A DNA stretch of 64,000 bases, taken from contig OX638332.1 of NCBI GenBank assembly GCA_951812735.1, positions 1,362,508 through 1,426,507 of the forward strand, in the 5' to 3' direction. The DNA is from Candidatus Dadabacteria bacterium (GTDB lineage Bacteria; Desulfobacterota_D; UBA1144; Nemesobacterales; Nemesobacteraceae). Below, piece by piece: positions 20,573 to 32,647 of this stretch. Under the pieces are notes generated by a model. It did no database searches. It was not told the origin of the DNA and saw only the letters and a program-made list of their open reading frames with translations. Position 1 is the first letter of the stretch. Each line of letters opens with the position of its first letter. The position numbers and the translations under genes were made by a program.

Positions 20573-21919
20573 ATGGCTATTATTTTTGACGGTACGCGCG
20601 AAAGTTATGTCGAGGGACTCTCTGAGTTTCTCGGTAGCGGGCAAGAAGATACCCCCGGATGGGTAGCTGACCTTCGACGGGAAGCGATTTCGGGATTCGG
20701 CGAGCTTGGATTTCCGACGCTTTCTGATGAAGAGTGGAGATTTACCAACCTTGAGGCGCTTCGAAGAGGTTCCTTTTCAATTGCTGAGGATGGAATCTCG
20801 GATGTTTCTAAGAAAACCGTGAATTCTTACGGATTCTCGGGGCTTGATTGTCTGCGCCTTGTCTTCGTAAACGGTCGTTTCGCCTCTTCCCTCTCAGATG
20901 CGGGGGATGCAGGGGAAGGGATTGTGGTAAAAGCCCTGTCGGAGGCGATTCGGGAGGACGGTGATCTTGTAAAGGGTCACTTGGCTAAATACGCCGATTA
21001 TGAAAAAGACGCGTTTATCTCGCTTAACACGTCATATTTTGAAGACGGGGTATTTGTTTATGTTCCAGACCGGACCGTTTTGGAGAAACCCGTGCATGTT
21101 CTTCACGTATCGACGGATGAAGGCCGTCCTTTGTTCATAAACCCGAGAAACCTCATCATCATCGGGCAAAGCTCAGACGCCAAGGTCATTGAGCATTACG
21201 TATCGTTATCCCAGAGCGTTTATTTCTCAAACGTGGTTACGGAGGTTGTCTGCGGTGAAGACGCGAACCTCGAGCATTACAGGCTTGAATTTGAAAGCCG
21301 GAAGGCGTTTAATTTTTCCACACTGAGGGTAAATCAGCAGAAAAACAGCAATATCACTTCTCATTCAATTCTCTACGGAGGAGCTATAGTGAGGAACAAC
21401 GTTCATCCCGTTCTGGCGGGAGAAGGATGCAACTCCGACATTTACGGCCTTTTCATGTCCGAGGGGCGCCAGCACATGGATAACTTCATGCGGGTTGAGC
21501 ACGCAAGCCCTCATTGCGACAGCCGCCAGTTCTATAACGGCGTGCTTGACGGCCGTTCAAAGGGAGTTTTTCACGGAAGAATTCTGGTTCACGAAGGTGC
21601 CGAGAAAACGGACGCAAAGCAGACCAACAGGAATCTTCTTCTCTCCGACACGGCTCAGATAGACACGAAACCCCAGCTTGAGATATACAACGATGACGTC
21701 AAATGCACTCATGGCGCCACGATCGGACAGATGGACGAAGAGGCTCTTTTTTACCTGTGCTCAAGGGGAGTTTCAATGAGGAAGGCAAAGATCATAATGC
21801 TCCGTGCCTTTACTAACGAGACTCTTGAGCATATGTCGATTGATTCCGTGAAAGAGACTCTTGAGAACACTGTCATGAAATGGTTTGAGCAAAGGCTCGG
21901 AAACGGCGACGGGAGTTAG
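20573..21919 (+). CDS. sufD: Fe-S assembly protein SufD
   Basis: EEWRFT, KPQLEIYNDDVKCTHGATIG. Confidence 0.95.
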   Translation: MAIIFDGTRESYVEGLSEFLGSGQEDTPGWVADLRREAISGFGELGFPTLSDEEWRFTNLEALRRGSFSIAEDGISDVSKKTVNSYGFSGLDCLRLVFVNGRFASSLSDAGDAGEGIVVKALSEAIREDGDLVKGHLAKYADYEKDAFISLNTSYFEDGVFVYVPDRTVLEKPVHVLHVSTDEGRPLFINPRNLIIIGQSSDAKVIEHYVSLSQSVYFSNVVTEVVCGEDANLEHYRLEFESRKAFNFSTLRVNQQKNSNITSHSILYGGAIVRNNVHPVLAGEGCNSDIYGLFMSEGRQHMDNFMRVEHASPHCDSRQFYNGVLDGRSKGVFHGRILVHEGAEKTDAKQTNRNLLLSDTAQIDTKPQLEIYNDDVKCTHGATIGQMDEEALFYLCSRGVSMRKAKIIMLRAFTNETLEHMSIDSVKETLENTVMKWFEQRLGNGDGS

Positions 21920-21923
21920 GTTT

Positions 21924-22238
21924 ATGTCAGATTTCGAGAAGGTGGCTGAGGTCTCGGACATAGCTGAAGGAGAAATGGAATCTTTTTTCGTTGGCGGAGA
22001 ACCAATTGCCATATGCAGGGTTGAGGGAAATTTCTACGCTTTTAAGGATGAATGTACTCACCAGTGTTTTACTCTTTCAGACGGTGACCTTGATGGAGAA
22101 CGCATCACCTGCTGTTACCACGGGGCTGAGTTCAACGTCAGGACGGGCGAGGTGCTCTGTCTTCCGGCAGTAGAACCTCTCGAGGTCTACCCGGTAAAAA
22201 TTGACGGGGACGACATACTTATAAAACTAGATGACTGA
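21924..22238 (+). CDS. Rieske-type ferredoxin
   Basis: CTH...CCYHGAEF Rieske ligands. Confidence 0.9.
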   Translation: MSDFEKVAEVSDIAEGEMESFFVGGEPIAICRVEGNFYAFKDECTHQCFTLSDGDLDGERITCCYHGAEFNVRTGEVLCLPAVEPLEVYPVKIDGDDILIKLDD

Positions 22239-22254
22239 ACATCCCCGCCTTTCT

Positions 22255-22680
22255 TTATCCCGCGGGTTTGAATTTGGGGAGGGTGACCTCATCAGTGACG
22301 TCATCGAAGCAGACCTGAACGTCCATACCGATGGACACGTCCTTAGGATCAACGTCAACAACGTTTGACATCATCTTCACCCCTTCTTCCATCTCAATAA
22401 GGGCTACCACATAGGGAGGTTCTCCCTTGTAGGCCTTAGAAGGTCCCATGTGATGTATGGAAAAAGTCCACACTTTCCCCCGTCCCTCACTCTCAACCCA
22501 CTCTATGTCATCACTCATGTCCCCTCCCGGGGAAAGAGCTCTTGGGTAAAAGAAAAACTCTCCGGTTTCCCTTGACCTTGGGATAACCAGCCTGTGCTCC
22601 CTGGCAGCTTCCCAAAAAGGCTTTGTCTCGGGCCGGAACTCAGGCAAAGGCTTGTTGTACTCTTTTTTCTGTTCTGACAT
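22255..22680 (-). CDS. DUF35 (OB-fold, ChsH2-like) thiolase partner
   Basis: PFWEAAREHRL, G.G.VWTFS, PYVVALIEMEEG; adjacent to the thiolase-like gene. Confidence 0.88.
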   Translation of the reverse strand: MSEQKKEYNKPLPEFRPETKPFWEAAREHRLVIPRSRETGEFFFYPRALSPGGDMSDDIEWVESEGRGKVWTFSIHHMGPSKAYKGEPPYVVALIEMEEGVKMMSNVVDVDPKDVSIGMDVQVCFDDVTDEVTLPKFKPAG

Positions 22681-22701
22681 CTTCTTTGTCTCCTTTATGT
22701 G

Positions 22702-23913
22702 TTAATTAATCGGCTGGTTGCCAAGTACCACCGTGCTGTGAGCCGACACTATCCCGCCGTTTCCATGAACCACAGCCACCTCAGGATCCTCCACCTGCCT
22801 TGCCCCCGCATCTCCCCTCAGCTGCAGTGTAGCCTCAACCACATGATGCATGGCACCAAGATGCGCCTGGGAGAGCAGTCCCCCGTGGGTGTTAACAGGA
22901 AGGTCCTTCCCTATCTCCATTCTTCCCTCAAGAGCAAACGCTCCCCCCTCTCCCTTGGGAACAAACCCGAGGCCCTCAAGCTCAAGGAGCACTGTTATGG
23001 TGAAGCAGTCATAAAGAAACGCTATGTCAACGTCCCTGGGTTCTATCCCCGCTGTGTTAAAAGCCTTCTGCCCGGAACGTTCCACCGCGTTGTATATCTG
23101 ATCCAGGTTCTCAAGAGTTGTTAGGTACTGGTGGGAGTATCCCTGTCCCATTCCCCAGAGATAAGCAAGATTGTTTGTTATCCCAAGCTCCTTGGCCTTG
23201 TCTTCTGTAGTAACGATGAAAGCTGCTCCTCCGTCTGAGATAATGGAGCAGTCATACTTGGTAAGGGGCTCTGCTATAACTCTTGAACCCATAACATCCT
23301 CTATGGACAAAGGATCTTTGTTCATCGCGTTTTCTTTGTCTGCTGCGTGTTTTCTCATTGTTACAGCTACCGCTGCAAGGTGTTCTCTTCGTGCGCCCCA
23401 GTCATGGAGGTATCTCTGTGCGGCAAGTGCGTATCCCCCCGGAGTAGTCAGTCCGTAGGGGAACTCAAACTCGGCGTGGCACATCTCCCTTATAAGGGCG
23501 AGCATCCCTGAAGACGATATTCCCGAGAGGGTGTTGTCCCCTCTTACGCAGAGTACCACTTCAGATTGTCCTGAGGCTATGGCCATTGCGGCTTCAGCCA
23601 CCATCCACACCGCCGTTGCTCCCCCTACGGCAACCGAGGAGAAAAATCTCGGGTTCATGCCGAAGTAATCAGCAAAGGTAGTGCAGTGCATGAAAGTGTG
23701 TTCTACGAGTGAGAACGCAGTTACGAGGCCGTCCACGTCGTCTTTTTTTATCCCCGCGTCCTCAATAGCAAGCTTAGAAGCTTCGCTCAGGAAATGAAAG
23801 GAGCTTTTATCCGGGATTTTTCCCTGTTCGGTTTCGCCCACCCCGGCGATAACTATTTTTTTCTTCTTAAGAAGTTCTCGGGTTTCTTGTATGCCCGGAA
23901 GATTCTCTGACAT
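22702..23913 (-). CDS. SCP-x/Ltp2-type thiolase-like protein
   Basis: IAGVGET, DCSIISDGGAA, YDCFT, NTHGGLLS. Confidence 0.9.
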   Translation of the reverse strand: MSENLPGIQETRELLKKKKIVIAGVGETEQGKIPDKSSFHFLSEASKLAIEDAGIKKDDVDGLVTAFSLVEHTFMHCTTFADYFGMNPRFFSSVAVGGATAVWMVAEAAMAIASGQSEVVLCVRGDNTLSGISSSGMLALIREMCHAEFEFPYGLTTPGGYALAAQRYLHDWGARREHLAAVAVTMRKHAADKENAMNKDPLSIEDVMGSRVIAEPLTKYDCSIISDGGAAFIVTTEDKAKELGITNNLAYLWGMGQGYSHQYLTTLENLDQIYNAVERSGQKAFNTAGIEPRDVDIAFLYDCFTITVLLELEGLGFVPKGEGGAFALEGRMEIGKDLPVNTHGGLLSQAHLGAMHHVVEATLQLRGDAGARQVEDPEVAVVHGNGGIVSAHSTVVLGNQPIN

Positions 23914-24066
23914 TTTGGTGCTTCCTCCTTGATAAAACTTAACTCTTTGTATTAAAAATCCGTATCATATTACTATATATATACCGCGTTTGCCAAACTG
24001 CAGGGACCAAATACGCTTCGTGAATAGTTCTCTTTTTATGCTCAAAGAAAGTATAATGTTTCGGAA

Positions 24067-25164
24067 ATGGAACTTGGATACTTCGCTATACCCCTTCATC
24101 CGGCTGGCTCCTCTTTTTCCGAGACGCTCGAAGCGGATATGGAGCAGATGGTTTTTCTCGATGAAATCGGTTTCAGGGAAGCCTGGATAGGAGAGCACTT
24201 CACCGCAGGTTGGGAGAACATTCCGGCCCCTGATCTTTTCATAGCCAAAGCCGCTGCCCTCACGGAGCGTATAATTTTCGGTACGGGTGTTTCATGCCTG
24301 CCTCAGCACGACCCTTTCATGCTGGCGCACAGAATCGCGGTTCTTGATCACCTGCTTAAGGGAAGATTTTACTGGGGAGTGGGAGCCGGGAGTTTCATCG
24401 GAGATTTTAAGGCATTCGGCATAAACCCGAAGACCGGGGAACAGAGAAAGCTTATGAACGAGTCCCTTGAGATGATACTGAATCTGTGGAACGATCCACG
24501 CCCAGGCGCTTACGGCAACTCTCGGTGGAATTTCACCGTTCCAGATCCCGTGGAAAAAGTTGGTCTTGGAGTGCACACGAAGCCGTATCAGAAACCCCAT
24601 CCTCCTATAGCGGTTGCGGGAATATCGGAGAATTCCGCGAGCCTGAGAACTGCCGGGGAAAGGGGCTGGATACCCATGAGTATAAATTTCGTTACCCGTG
24701 ACGTATTGAAATCTCACTGGGCGGGGTACGAGCAGGGGGCGGAGGCCGTCGGCGGGACAGCGGAGAGGAATAAATGGAGAATCGCAAGGGACATCTACGT
24801 TGCGGAGACCACGGAGGAAGCGAGAAAAGAGGTAATAGAAGGTACTCTCGCAAGAGATTTCCGGGATTATTTTTTCAAGATAGTTCCCCTGATAAGAAAC
24901 AACCTGAATCTGTTTAAGGTCGACAAGTCAATGTCAGATCGGGAAGTGACCATGGATTACATGATCGAGAACATGTGGCTTGTCGGAAATCCTCAGGAAG
25001 TTGCCAGGAAGATAGTTGAGCTTCATGAATTTGTCGGGGGATTCGGGGTGCTTCTGGTCATGGGGCACGAGTGGAATCCGAAGGAGAAGTGGCAGAGATC
25101 AATGAGGCTGCTCAAAGAAGAAGTTCTTCCGATTGTGAAAAAGAACCTGATGCAGAGAACCTGA
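24067..25164 (+). CDS. LLM-class flavin-dependent monooxygenase
   Basis: GFREAWIGEHF, GTGVSCLP.H.P, KPYQKPHPPI. Confidence 0.88.
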   Translation: MELGYFAIPLHPAGSSFSETLEADMEQMVFLDEIGFREAWIGEHFTAGWENIPAPDLFIAKAAALTERIIFGTGVSCLPQHDPFMLAHRIAVLDHLLKGRFYWGVGAGSFIGDFKAFGINPKTGEQRKLMNESLEMILNLWNDPRPGAYGNSRWNFTVPDPVEKVGLGVHTKPYQKPHPPIAVAGISENSASLRTAGERGWIPMSINFVTRDVLKSHWAGYEQGAEAVGGTAERNKWRIARDIYVAETTEEARKEVIEGTLARDFRDYFFKIVPLIRNNLNLFKVDKSMSDREVTMDYMIENMWLVGNPQEVARKIVELHEFVGGFGVLLVMGHEWNPKEKWQRSMRLLKEEVLPIVKKNLMQRT

Positions 25165-25181
25165 AATCCGCCCTCTGCTCT

Positions 25182-25910
25182 CTAAGATTGCGGTTCGTGA
25201 CTGAAGTGGATTCCGCACTCTTTATCCGAGTCCTGCTCCCACCACCATCTGCCCGCCCTTGGGTCTTCCCCTTTCTCAATTGCTCTCGTGCAGGGAGCGC
25301 ATCCTATGCTCGGGTAACCCATGTCGTGAAGCTTGTTGTACGGAACGTCGTTTTTCCTTACGTAATCCCATACCTCGTCAATGGTCCAGTCGAGAATCGG
25401 GTTTATCTTGAGCATTCTTCCGTGCAGGTAGTCAATTTCAAACTTTGTTGAGTCTGCCCGCTGCTCCGTCTGGTCCGCCCTTATGGAAGTAATCCAGGCG
25501 TCTAGGGTTTTCAGGAATACGTTTAGCGGGTTGGTTTTCCTCACCTGGCAGCAAAGCCTTCTGTTCTCAACGCTTTTGTAAAAAAGATTCACCCCGCGGC
25601 TTGTCACCATTTTCTCCACTTCGGATGTGTCGGGGAAAAGCACCTCGATATTGATGTCGTACTTCTCTCTTGTTTTCTCCATTGCATCGTACGTATGCGA
25701 GTGGAGCCTTCCTGTATCGAGAGTGAAAATTCTCGCTTCGGGGTCTGTCTTTGCGAACATGTCGACAAGTACCATTCCCTGGACCTGAAAGCTGGTTGCA
25801 AGGGCCACCGAGGAACCGAGGTTCTGCGAAGCCCAAGAGAGGACATCCTCGGGAGAACTTCGCTCAAACTCGCGATTTAGGCTTTTTACATCTTCTTCAG
25901 AGAAATTCAT
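25182..25910 (-). CDS. cysH: APS/PAPS reductase
   Basis: LDTG, CC..RK, GYPSIGCAPCT, RAGRW, KECGIH. Confidence 0.93.
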   Translation of the reverse strand: MNFSEEDVKSLNREFERSSPEDVLSWASQNLGSSVALATSFQVQGMVLVDMFAKTDPEARIFTLDTGRLHSHTYDAMEKTREKYDINIEVLFPDTSEVEKMVTSRGVNLFYKSVENRRLCCQVRKTNPLNVFLKTLDAWITSIRADQTEQRADSTKFEIDYLHGRMLKINPILDWTIDEVWDYVRKNDVPYNKLHDMGYPSIGCAPCTRAIEKGEDPRAGRWWWEQDSDKECGIHFSHEPQS

Positions 25911-26918
25911 CTAACCCAGAAAACTCAGATACGACGACAGGCCGTACTTTATGTATATGAGGGATACGTAATAGCTTACCCCCACGGTTACCACAGGAAC
26001 AACAAACCAGAAAAAAGCGATTTTGACAACATGACTGTTCTTGGAAGTCCGGGCGAACCCATGCTGCGCGCACGAGAAGCCTACCACTCCGGCCGTTACT
26101 ATCTCCGCGATCGAAACGGGAATTCCGTATAGCGAAGCAAGCAGTATTATCACCGCGGCCGTAAACTCAACTGAGATAGCTCTTATAATGCATATTTCCG
26201 TTATCTTCTTCCCCAGCGTCTCAAGAACCCTGCCTCCGAGAAGAATTGCTCCCACTCCCATAGCAACGCCGGCCAAAATTGCACCCGGATAGGAATCTAT
26301 GAGTCCCAGACTCACTATCGGACCTATAGCGTTTGCGGAATTGTTGGCGCCTCCAGAAAACGCGATGAACGTTCCGGATATGGTGATCAGCACGGTCAGG
26401 ATCACGTTCACTCTTTTTTCCGAGAAGTTGCTCGCGAGATAGTGGACTATCTTGAAATAAAAGAACTTCGCCACGACGAAATTTATTACCCAGGCGACTA
26501 TCGGGGCCACGATCCACCACTTTAGCACCCGGATGAAACTGTCGGAATTAAGTGTTTGGGTATAAAGACCGATTCCCACTATGGCGCACACTATGGCGTG
26601 GGTGGTTGCGATGGGCGTGCGCACTACGTTCGCCCAGGCGATGAAACCTATTCCCAGGAGCAGGATTATAAATATGAATCCTATGTCGGAGGAGAGAGTT
26701 TCGGCGGGCACTATTCCCTTGCCCACGGTTTCGACCACGGGAGCTCCAGCCGTAAGCGCCCCGAGAAGGGCAAAAATCGCTATTAGCCATACAGCCTGTC
26801 TTTTCGATCTTACCCCGGCGCCGTATGAAGTCGCCATGGAAGCTGCGGAATTGTTGGCTCCTATATTAAGGGCCAGGAATCCCGAAAGTACTAGTGTTAC
26901 AACCAGCAAAACGCTCAA
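25911..26918 (-). CDS. PiT family anion transporter (CysP-like sulfate permease)
   Basis: Two GANN signatures; abuts cysH. Confidence 0.82.
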   Translation of the reverse strand: MSVLLVVTLVLSGFLALNIGANNSAASMATSYGAGVRSKRQAVWLIAIFALLGALTAGAPVVETVGKGIVPAETLSSDIGFIFIILLLGIGFIAWANVVRTPIATTHAIVCAIVGIGLYTQTLNSDSFIRVLKWWIVAPIVAWVINFVVAKFFYFKIVHYLASNFSEKRVNVILTVLITISGTFIAFSGGANNSANAIGPIVSLGLIDSYPGAILAGVAMGVGAILLGGRVLETLGKKITEICIIRAISVEFTAAVIILLASLYGIPVSIAEIVTAGVVGFSCAQHGFARTSKNSHVVKIAFFWFVVPVVTVGVSYYVSLIYIKYGLSSYLSFLG

Positions 26919-27020
26919 TAAATTCTCTCCCCGCCTGAAATGTCAGCGGCAATAATTTACGTAAAAACCCAATAGCATTCCGGTTTGTGCGAAAAACAAA
27001 AGGTTTTTACGTGGTGTTTT

Positions 27021-27563
27021 CTAGAGAAGTTCCGAAACCCTGAATATGGAAAAAAGGCTACAGCCTCGCTCAAGGAAAGTTTTTTCCGTTTCCTCTCCCC
27101 TGTCAACGACGCAAAAAACCCCACGTACCTCAGCTCCTGCGGACTCGACAAGATCTATGGCCCTTAGCACGGAACCGCCGGTCGTAATCACATCCTCGAT
27201 TATAGCTACCTTATCTCCCTGGAGAAGCCCGCCCTCTATCATGTTTCCGGTACCGTGTTCCTTTTCCTTCTTCCTTACTATGAATCCGCGAAGTGGCGTC
27301 CCTTTCTCATAGCTTTTGGAGATGATAGCTCCCACCATGGGGTCGGCACCCGAGGACGGTCCTCCTACGGCCGTTACGCCGCCCTGCGCGGCGATTTCGC
27401 CCAGAAATATTTCCGATATCAGGTGGACGCCTTCAGGATCCAAGGTTGTGTGCCTGGCGTCAATGTAGTAGGAACTCCGCTTTCCCGATGCTAGGGTGAA
27501 ATTCCCGAGCAGGATTGATTTGCTTTTAAGAATTAGTTTTAATCTTTCTCTGCTCTTGTTCAT
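27021..27563 (-). CDS. pyrE: Orotate phosphoribosyltransferase
   Basis: FTLASGKRSSYYID, RKKEKEHG, IIEDVITTGGS; start at MNKSR. Confidence 0.93.
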   Translation of the reverse strand: MNKSRERLKLILKSKSILLGNFTLASGKRSSYYIDARHTTLDPEGVHLISEIFLGEIAAQGGVTAVGGPSSGADPMVGAIISKSYEKGTPLRGFIVRKKEKEHGTGNMIEGGLLQGDKVAIIEDVITTGGSVLRAIDLVESAGAEVRGVFCVVDRGEETEKTFLERGCSLFSIFRVSELL

Positions 27564-27615
27564 CTTCCGGAATTCCAAGCCGAATGAAACTATATTCCTG
27601 TAATTGTACCCATTG

Positions 27616-29028
27616 ATGGAAAAAATCAACAAGGCAAACCGGCTCCTTCTCCTGTGCGGAACAGTCGTTCTTCTCTTGCTCGGGGCTGTAGCGAAAATCT
27701 CCCCGCAGCTCTCCTCGGGGGATTTTGAAAAAGATCTGATACCGGTTTTCATCTTGCTTCTGGTTGCCGCCTCGGCCATTTATTTCGTGGCCGTGGGAAG
27801 TTTTAGAAAAAATCGCGCGTGCTCGCTTCTTCTCATAATTCTTTTCGGTCTCGGGTTCCGGGTTCTGTTTCTTTTTTCAACTCCGATACTTGAAGACGAT
27901 TATCACCGCTACTTCTGGGACGGCGCCGTCGTGGCAAACGGGATAAATCCTTACCAGCACTCGCCTGAAGAAGTGGCGAAGGGTGTGGGGAGTGAGAAAC
28001 TGAAGGAGCTTAAGCATCTCTACGGCGAGACCCTTGAGAAAGTAAACCACCCGCACGTAAAAACCATCTATCCACCGGTTGCGGAATTTTTCTTCGCCGC
28101 ATCCTACAAAATATCTCCCATGAGTCTCACGGCGTGGAGAATTATGCTCATAGTATTTGACGTGGTCACGCTCGTGCTTTTGCTTGCGAGCCTCAAGAAA
28201 CTTGGTATTTCTCTTCAGAACTCACTTGTCTACTGGTGGAATCCGCTTCTGGTGCAGCAGATATTCAACTCGGTGCACATGGACATACTGGCGTTCCCGT
28301 TCGTGCTGGGGGCGATACTCCTGTTCCTTTACGAGAGAAAAAGACTATGGACACTTGTGCTTTCCCTTGCTGTAGGAGTCAAGCTCTGGCCGGTGCTTCT
28401 TTTCGGAACGTTTTTAAAACCCCTTCGGGAGAAGCGGGAAACACTTTTGCAGACTCTTGTTTTTGCTGCCGCGATTTTAGTCATATTTCTTCCCACGGTT
28501 GCGTTTGAACTGGATTCAGCTTCCGGCATGGTGGCATATGGAAAAAGCTGGCAAAACAACAGTCCGTTTTTCGCGGCAATTCTTTCGGGGTGGGAGTTCG
28601 TTCTGGAGACGCTGGGCATTCACCCCGGACACGCGCAGAAGCATTCAAGAGCTGCCATCATTGTGATTCTTCTCATCTGGAAGTTTTATGTGGCGTTTGC
28701 AAGCGGGTCTTTGGGTATCCACAGGAAAGCCCTGCTCATAATAGGAGGCGCGTTTCTGCTGAGCCCGACGCAATTTCCCTGGTACTACGCGTGGCTCCTT
28801 CCGTTTCTCTGCATAGCTCCCAGTCCGGGTTTCTTGGCCCTCACCGCGTTGCTTCCGCTTTATTACCTTCAGTACTATTTCCCCCCTAATACTGAGGAAG
28901 GCGGAATATTCGGGGAAATGGTGGTATGGATAGAGTTTGCGCCCGTGTGGGCTCTGCTCGCTTGGGAATGGATGAAGTTTAGGGCTTCGAAAAAAACCCC
29001 GGCCGTTGGCAAAAGCTATGCCGACTGA
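27616..29028 (+). CDS. Polytopic GT-C (GT87-like) glycosyltransferase
   Basis: EDDYHRYFWDG...NPY, TIYPP, WWNPL, PWY motifs. Confidence 0.75.
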   Translation: MEKINKANRLLLLCGTVVLLLLGAVAKISPQLSSGDFEKDLIPVFILLLVAASAIYFVAVGSFRKNRACSLLLIILFGLGFRVLFLFSTPILEDDYHRYFWDGAVVANGINPYQHSPEEVAKGVGSEKLKELKHLYGETLEKVNHPHVKTIYPPVAEFFFAASYKISPMSLTAWRIMLIVFDVVTLVLLLASLKKLGISLQNSLVYWWNPLLVQQIFNSVHMDILAFPFVLGAILLFLYERKRLWTLVLSLAVGVKLWPVLLFGTFLKPLREKRETLLQTLVFAAAILVIFLPTVAFELDSASGMVAYGKSWQNNSPFFAAILSGWEFVLETLGIHPGHAQKHSRAAIIVILLIWKFYVAFASGSLGIHRKALLIIGGAFLLSPTQFPWYYAWLLPFLCIAPSPGFLALTALLPLYYLQYYFPPNTEEGGIFGEMVVWIEFAPVWALLAWEWMKFRASKKTPAVGKSYAD

Positions 29029-29068
29029 CAGCAAAAATCATTTGGGTTGGCAACGGATACAGTGGTTG

Positions 29069-30835
<1,767 letters not shown>

Positions 30836-30837
30836 AA

Positions 30838-31479
30838 TTGATAATAAAATGCGTTCCGGGCGGAATATTCATTGAAAACTGCTATATCATAGGGGATGAA
30901 GATACCAACGAGGCAATGCTCGTTGATCCCGGAGAGCAGATAGAGGAGATATCCGCGGAAATCGAAAAATCAGGGCTCGAGGTAAAAAAGATAGTCAACA
31001 CCCACACGCATCTAGACCACGTGGCTGGCGTTGAGGTTTTCAAGAAAAAGTTCGGCATACCCTTTTACATACACCAAAAAGAACAGCCTGTGCTAGATGT
31101 GCTTCCCGAGGCGAAGATGAGGTTCCCCGGATTTGAATTCGTCGAGGTTCCCGAAGTAGACGGCTACGTTAAGGAAGGAGACACTCTTTCCGTAGGGAAT
31201 CTCAGGGGAGAGATACTTCTTGTCCCGGGCCACACTTGGGGCCACATATGCTTTGTTTTCGAAGAATCGATAATAGCGGGTGACACGGTTTTCGCAGGGA
31301 GCGTCGGCAGGGTAGATCTTACGGGGGGAACGACCATGGAGGAACTTATCGGGTCGATACGCTCCGAGATTCTTAAATATCCCGACCACTACGAAATCCA
31401 TCCGGGTCACGGTCCCCAAACGACCGTGGGAATTGAAAAAGGAACCAATCCTTTTCTTGTTGGGAGTTTCGTGCTGTAG
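30838..31479 (+). CDS. MBL-fold metallo-hydrolase (glyoxalase II-like)
   Basis: THTHLDH, PGHT.G, GDT.F, PGHGP. Confidence 0.9.
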   Translation: MIIKCVPGGIFIENCYIIGDEDTNEAMLVDPGEQIEEISAEIEKSGLEVKKIVNTHTHLDHVAGVEVFKKKFGIPFYIHQKEQPVLDVLPEAKMRFPGFEFVEVPEVDGYVKEGDTLSVGNLRGEILLVPGHTWGHICFVFEESIIAGDTVFAGSVGRVDLTGGTTMEELIGSIRSEILKYPDHYEIHPGHGPQTTVGIEKGTNPFLVGSFVL

Positions 31480-31486
31480 AGGGCAT

Positions 31487-31762
31487 ATGAAACCGGAGAA
31501 ATTCATCAGGCTGGCTGTATATTCGGTAATCGCCGTGGTGGTAGCCTTAATGTTTTTCAACGAAATTTCCAAGGTCTATTTTCTCAAGAACGAAAACAAG
31601 AGGATAGAGAAGAGAATAGAGGACCTAGAAGCGCAGAACAGTGCGTACAAAGAAGAAATAAGAGCCTTGAAGCAGGACGAAAGATACATTGAGAAAATAC
31701 TGAGAGAAGAGCTGGGGATGATAAAGGAAAAAGAAAAGATATTCAGGTTCAAAGAAGAATAA
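31487..31762 (+). CDS. Septum formation initiator FtsB/DivIC family
   Basis: TM helix, coiled coil and YIEK..REELGMIK..E. Confidence 0.82.
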   Translation: MKPEKFIRLAVYSVIAVVVALMFFNEISKVYFLKNENKRIEKRIEDLEAQNSAYKEEIRALKQDERYIEKILREELGMIKEKEKIFRFKEE

Positions 31763-31828
31763 TTTTGAGTCTTCATTCTTTGCTTCCATACCCAAAAGCT
31801 GCTCTCAATTAGTATCCGTTTTAAGCGG

Positions 31829-32647
31829 ATGGATGATATGAAGCGGGAGCAGATATTCCGTCAGACTAAAAGGCTTGGACAGAATTTTCTAAACGACCCC
31901 AACATACTCCGTAAAATCTGTGCTGCCGCAAAACTCCGCGAAGAAGACCAAGTGATTGAAATCGGGCCCGGCAAAGGCAGCCTCACGGAACATCTCGTGC
32001 TTGGCGCCAGTGCGGTCACGGCGGTTGAAAAAGACACTAGGCTCAAGACTTTTCTTGACGAGAAATTCGCAGAATCCGAAAACATCAAGTTCGTTTACGA
32101 AGATGTCCTTAAAATCAGTTTCAGCCGTTTTTCCACCGGGAAAAAAATGAAGCTAGTATCCAATCTTCCCTACAACATATCCAGCCAGATTCTTTTAAAG
32201 CTTCTTGATGAGAGAGAACTTTTTTCAAAAATAGTTGTAATGCTGCAAAAGGAAGTGGCACAGAGAATATCTTCTCCAAAGGGACGAAAAAGCTACGGTT
32301 CCCTCTCGGTGTTTCTGCAGAGCTGTTTCAGCGTAAAACTTGCCTTCCGGGTTTCTCGACATGCGTTTTATCCGGTTCCCGAGGTGGATTCGGCGGTGGT
32401 GGTTCTTGATCCGCTGAAAGATCCTGTGTTTCCGGTATCAAATGAGAAAACTTTCAGAGCTGTTACTAGGCACGCGTTTTCCTCTCGGAGAAAGACCATA
32501 AAGAATTCGCTGGGTAACTTTTTTGAGAGAGAGATGGTTGAGCGGGCGCTTTCGGATTCGGGAATCGATCAGGGAAGAAGGGCGGAATCGCTTTCGGTTG
32601 AGGAATTCGCGAGGTTAGCGGACAGTTTCCGCGAAATAAATCAGTAG
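31829..32647 (+). CDS. rsmA: 16S rRNA adenine dimethyltransferase
   Basis: LGQNFL, EIGPGKG, NLPYNIS, MLQKEVA. Confidence 0.96.
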   Translation: MDDMKREQIFRQTKRLGQNFLNDPNILRKICAAAKLREEDQVIEIGPGKGSLTEHLVLGASAVTAVEKDTRLKTFLDEKFAESENIKFVYEDVLKISFSRFSTGKKMKLVSNLPYNISSQILLKLLDERELFSKIVVMLQKEVAQRISSPKGRKSYGSLSVFLQSCFSVKLAFRVSRHAFYPVPEVDSAVVVLDPLKDPVFPVSNEKTFRAVTRHAFSSRRKTIKNSLGNFFEREMVERALSDSGIDQGRRAESLSVEEFARLADSFREINQ

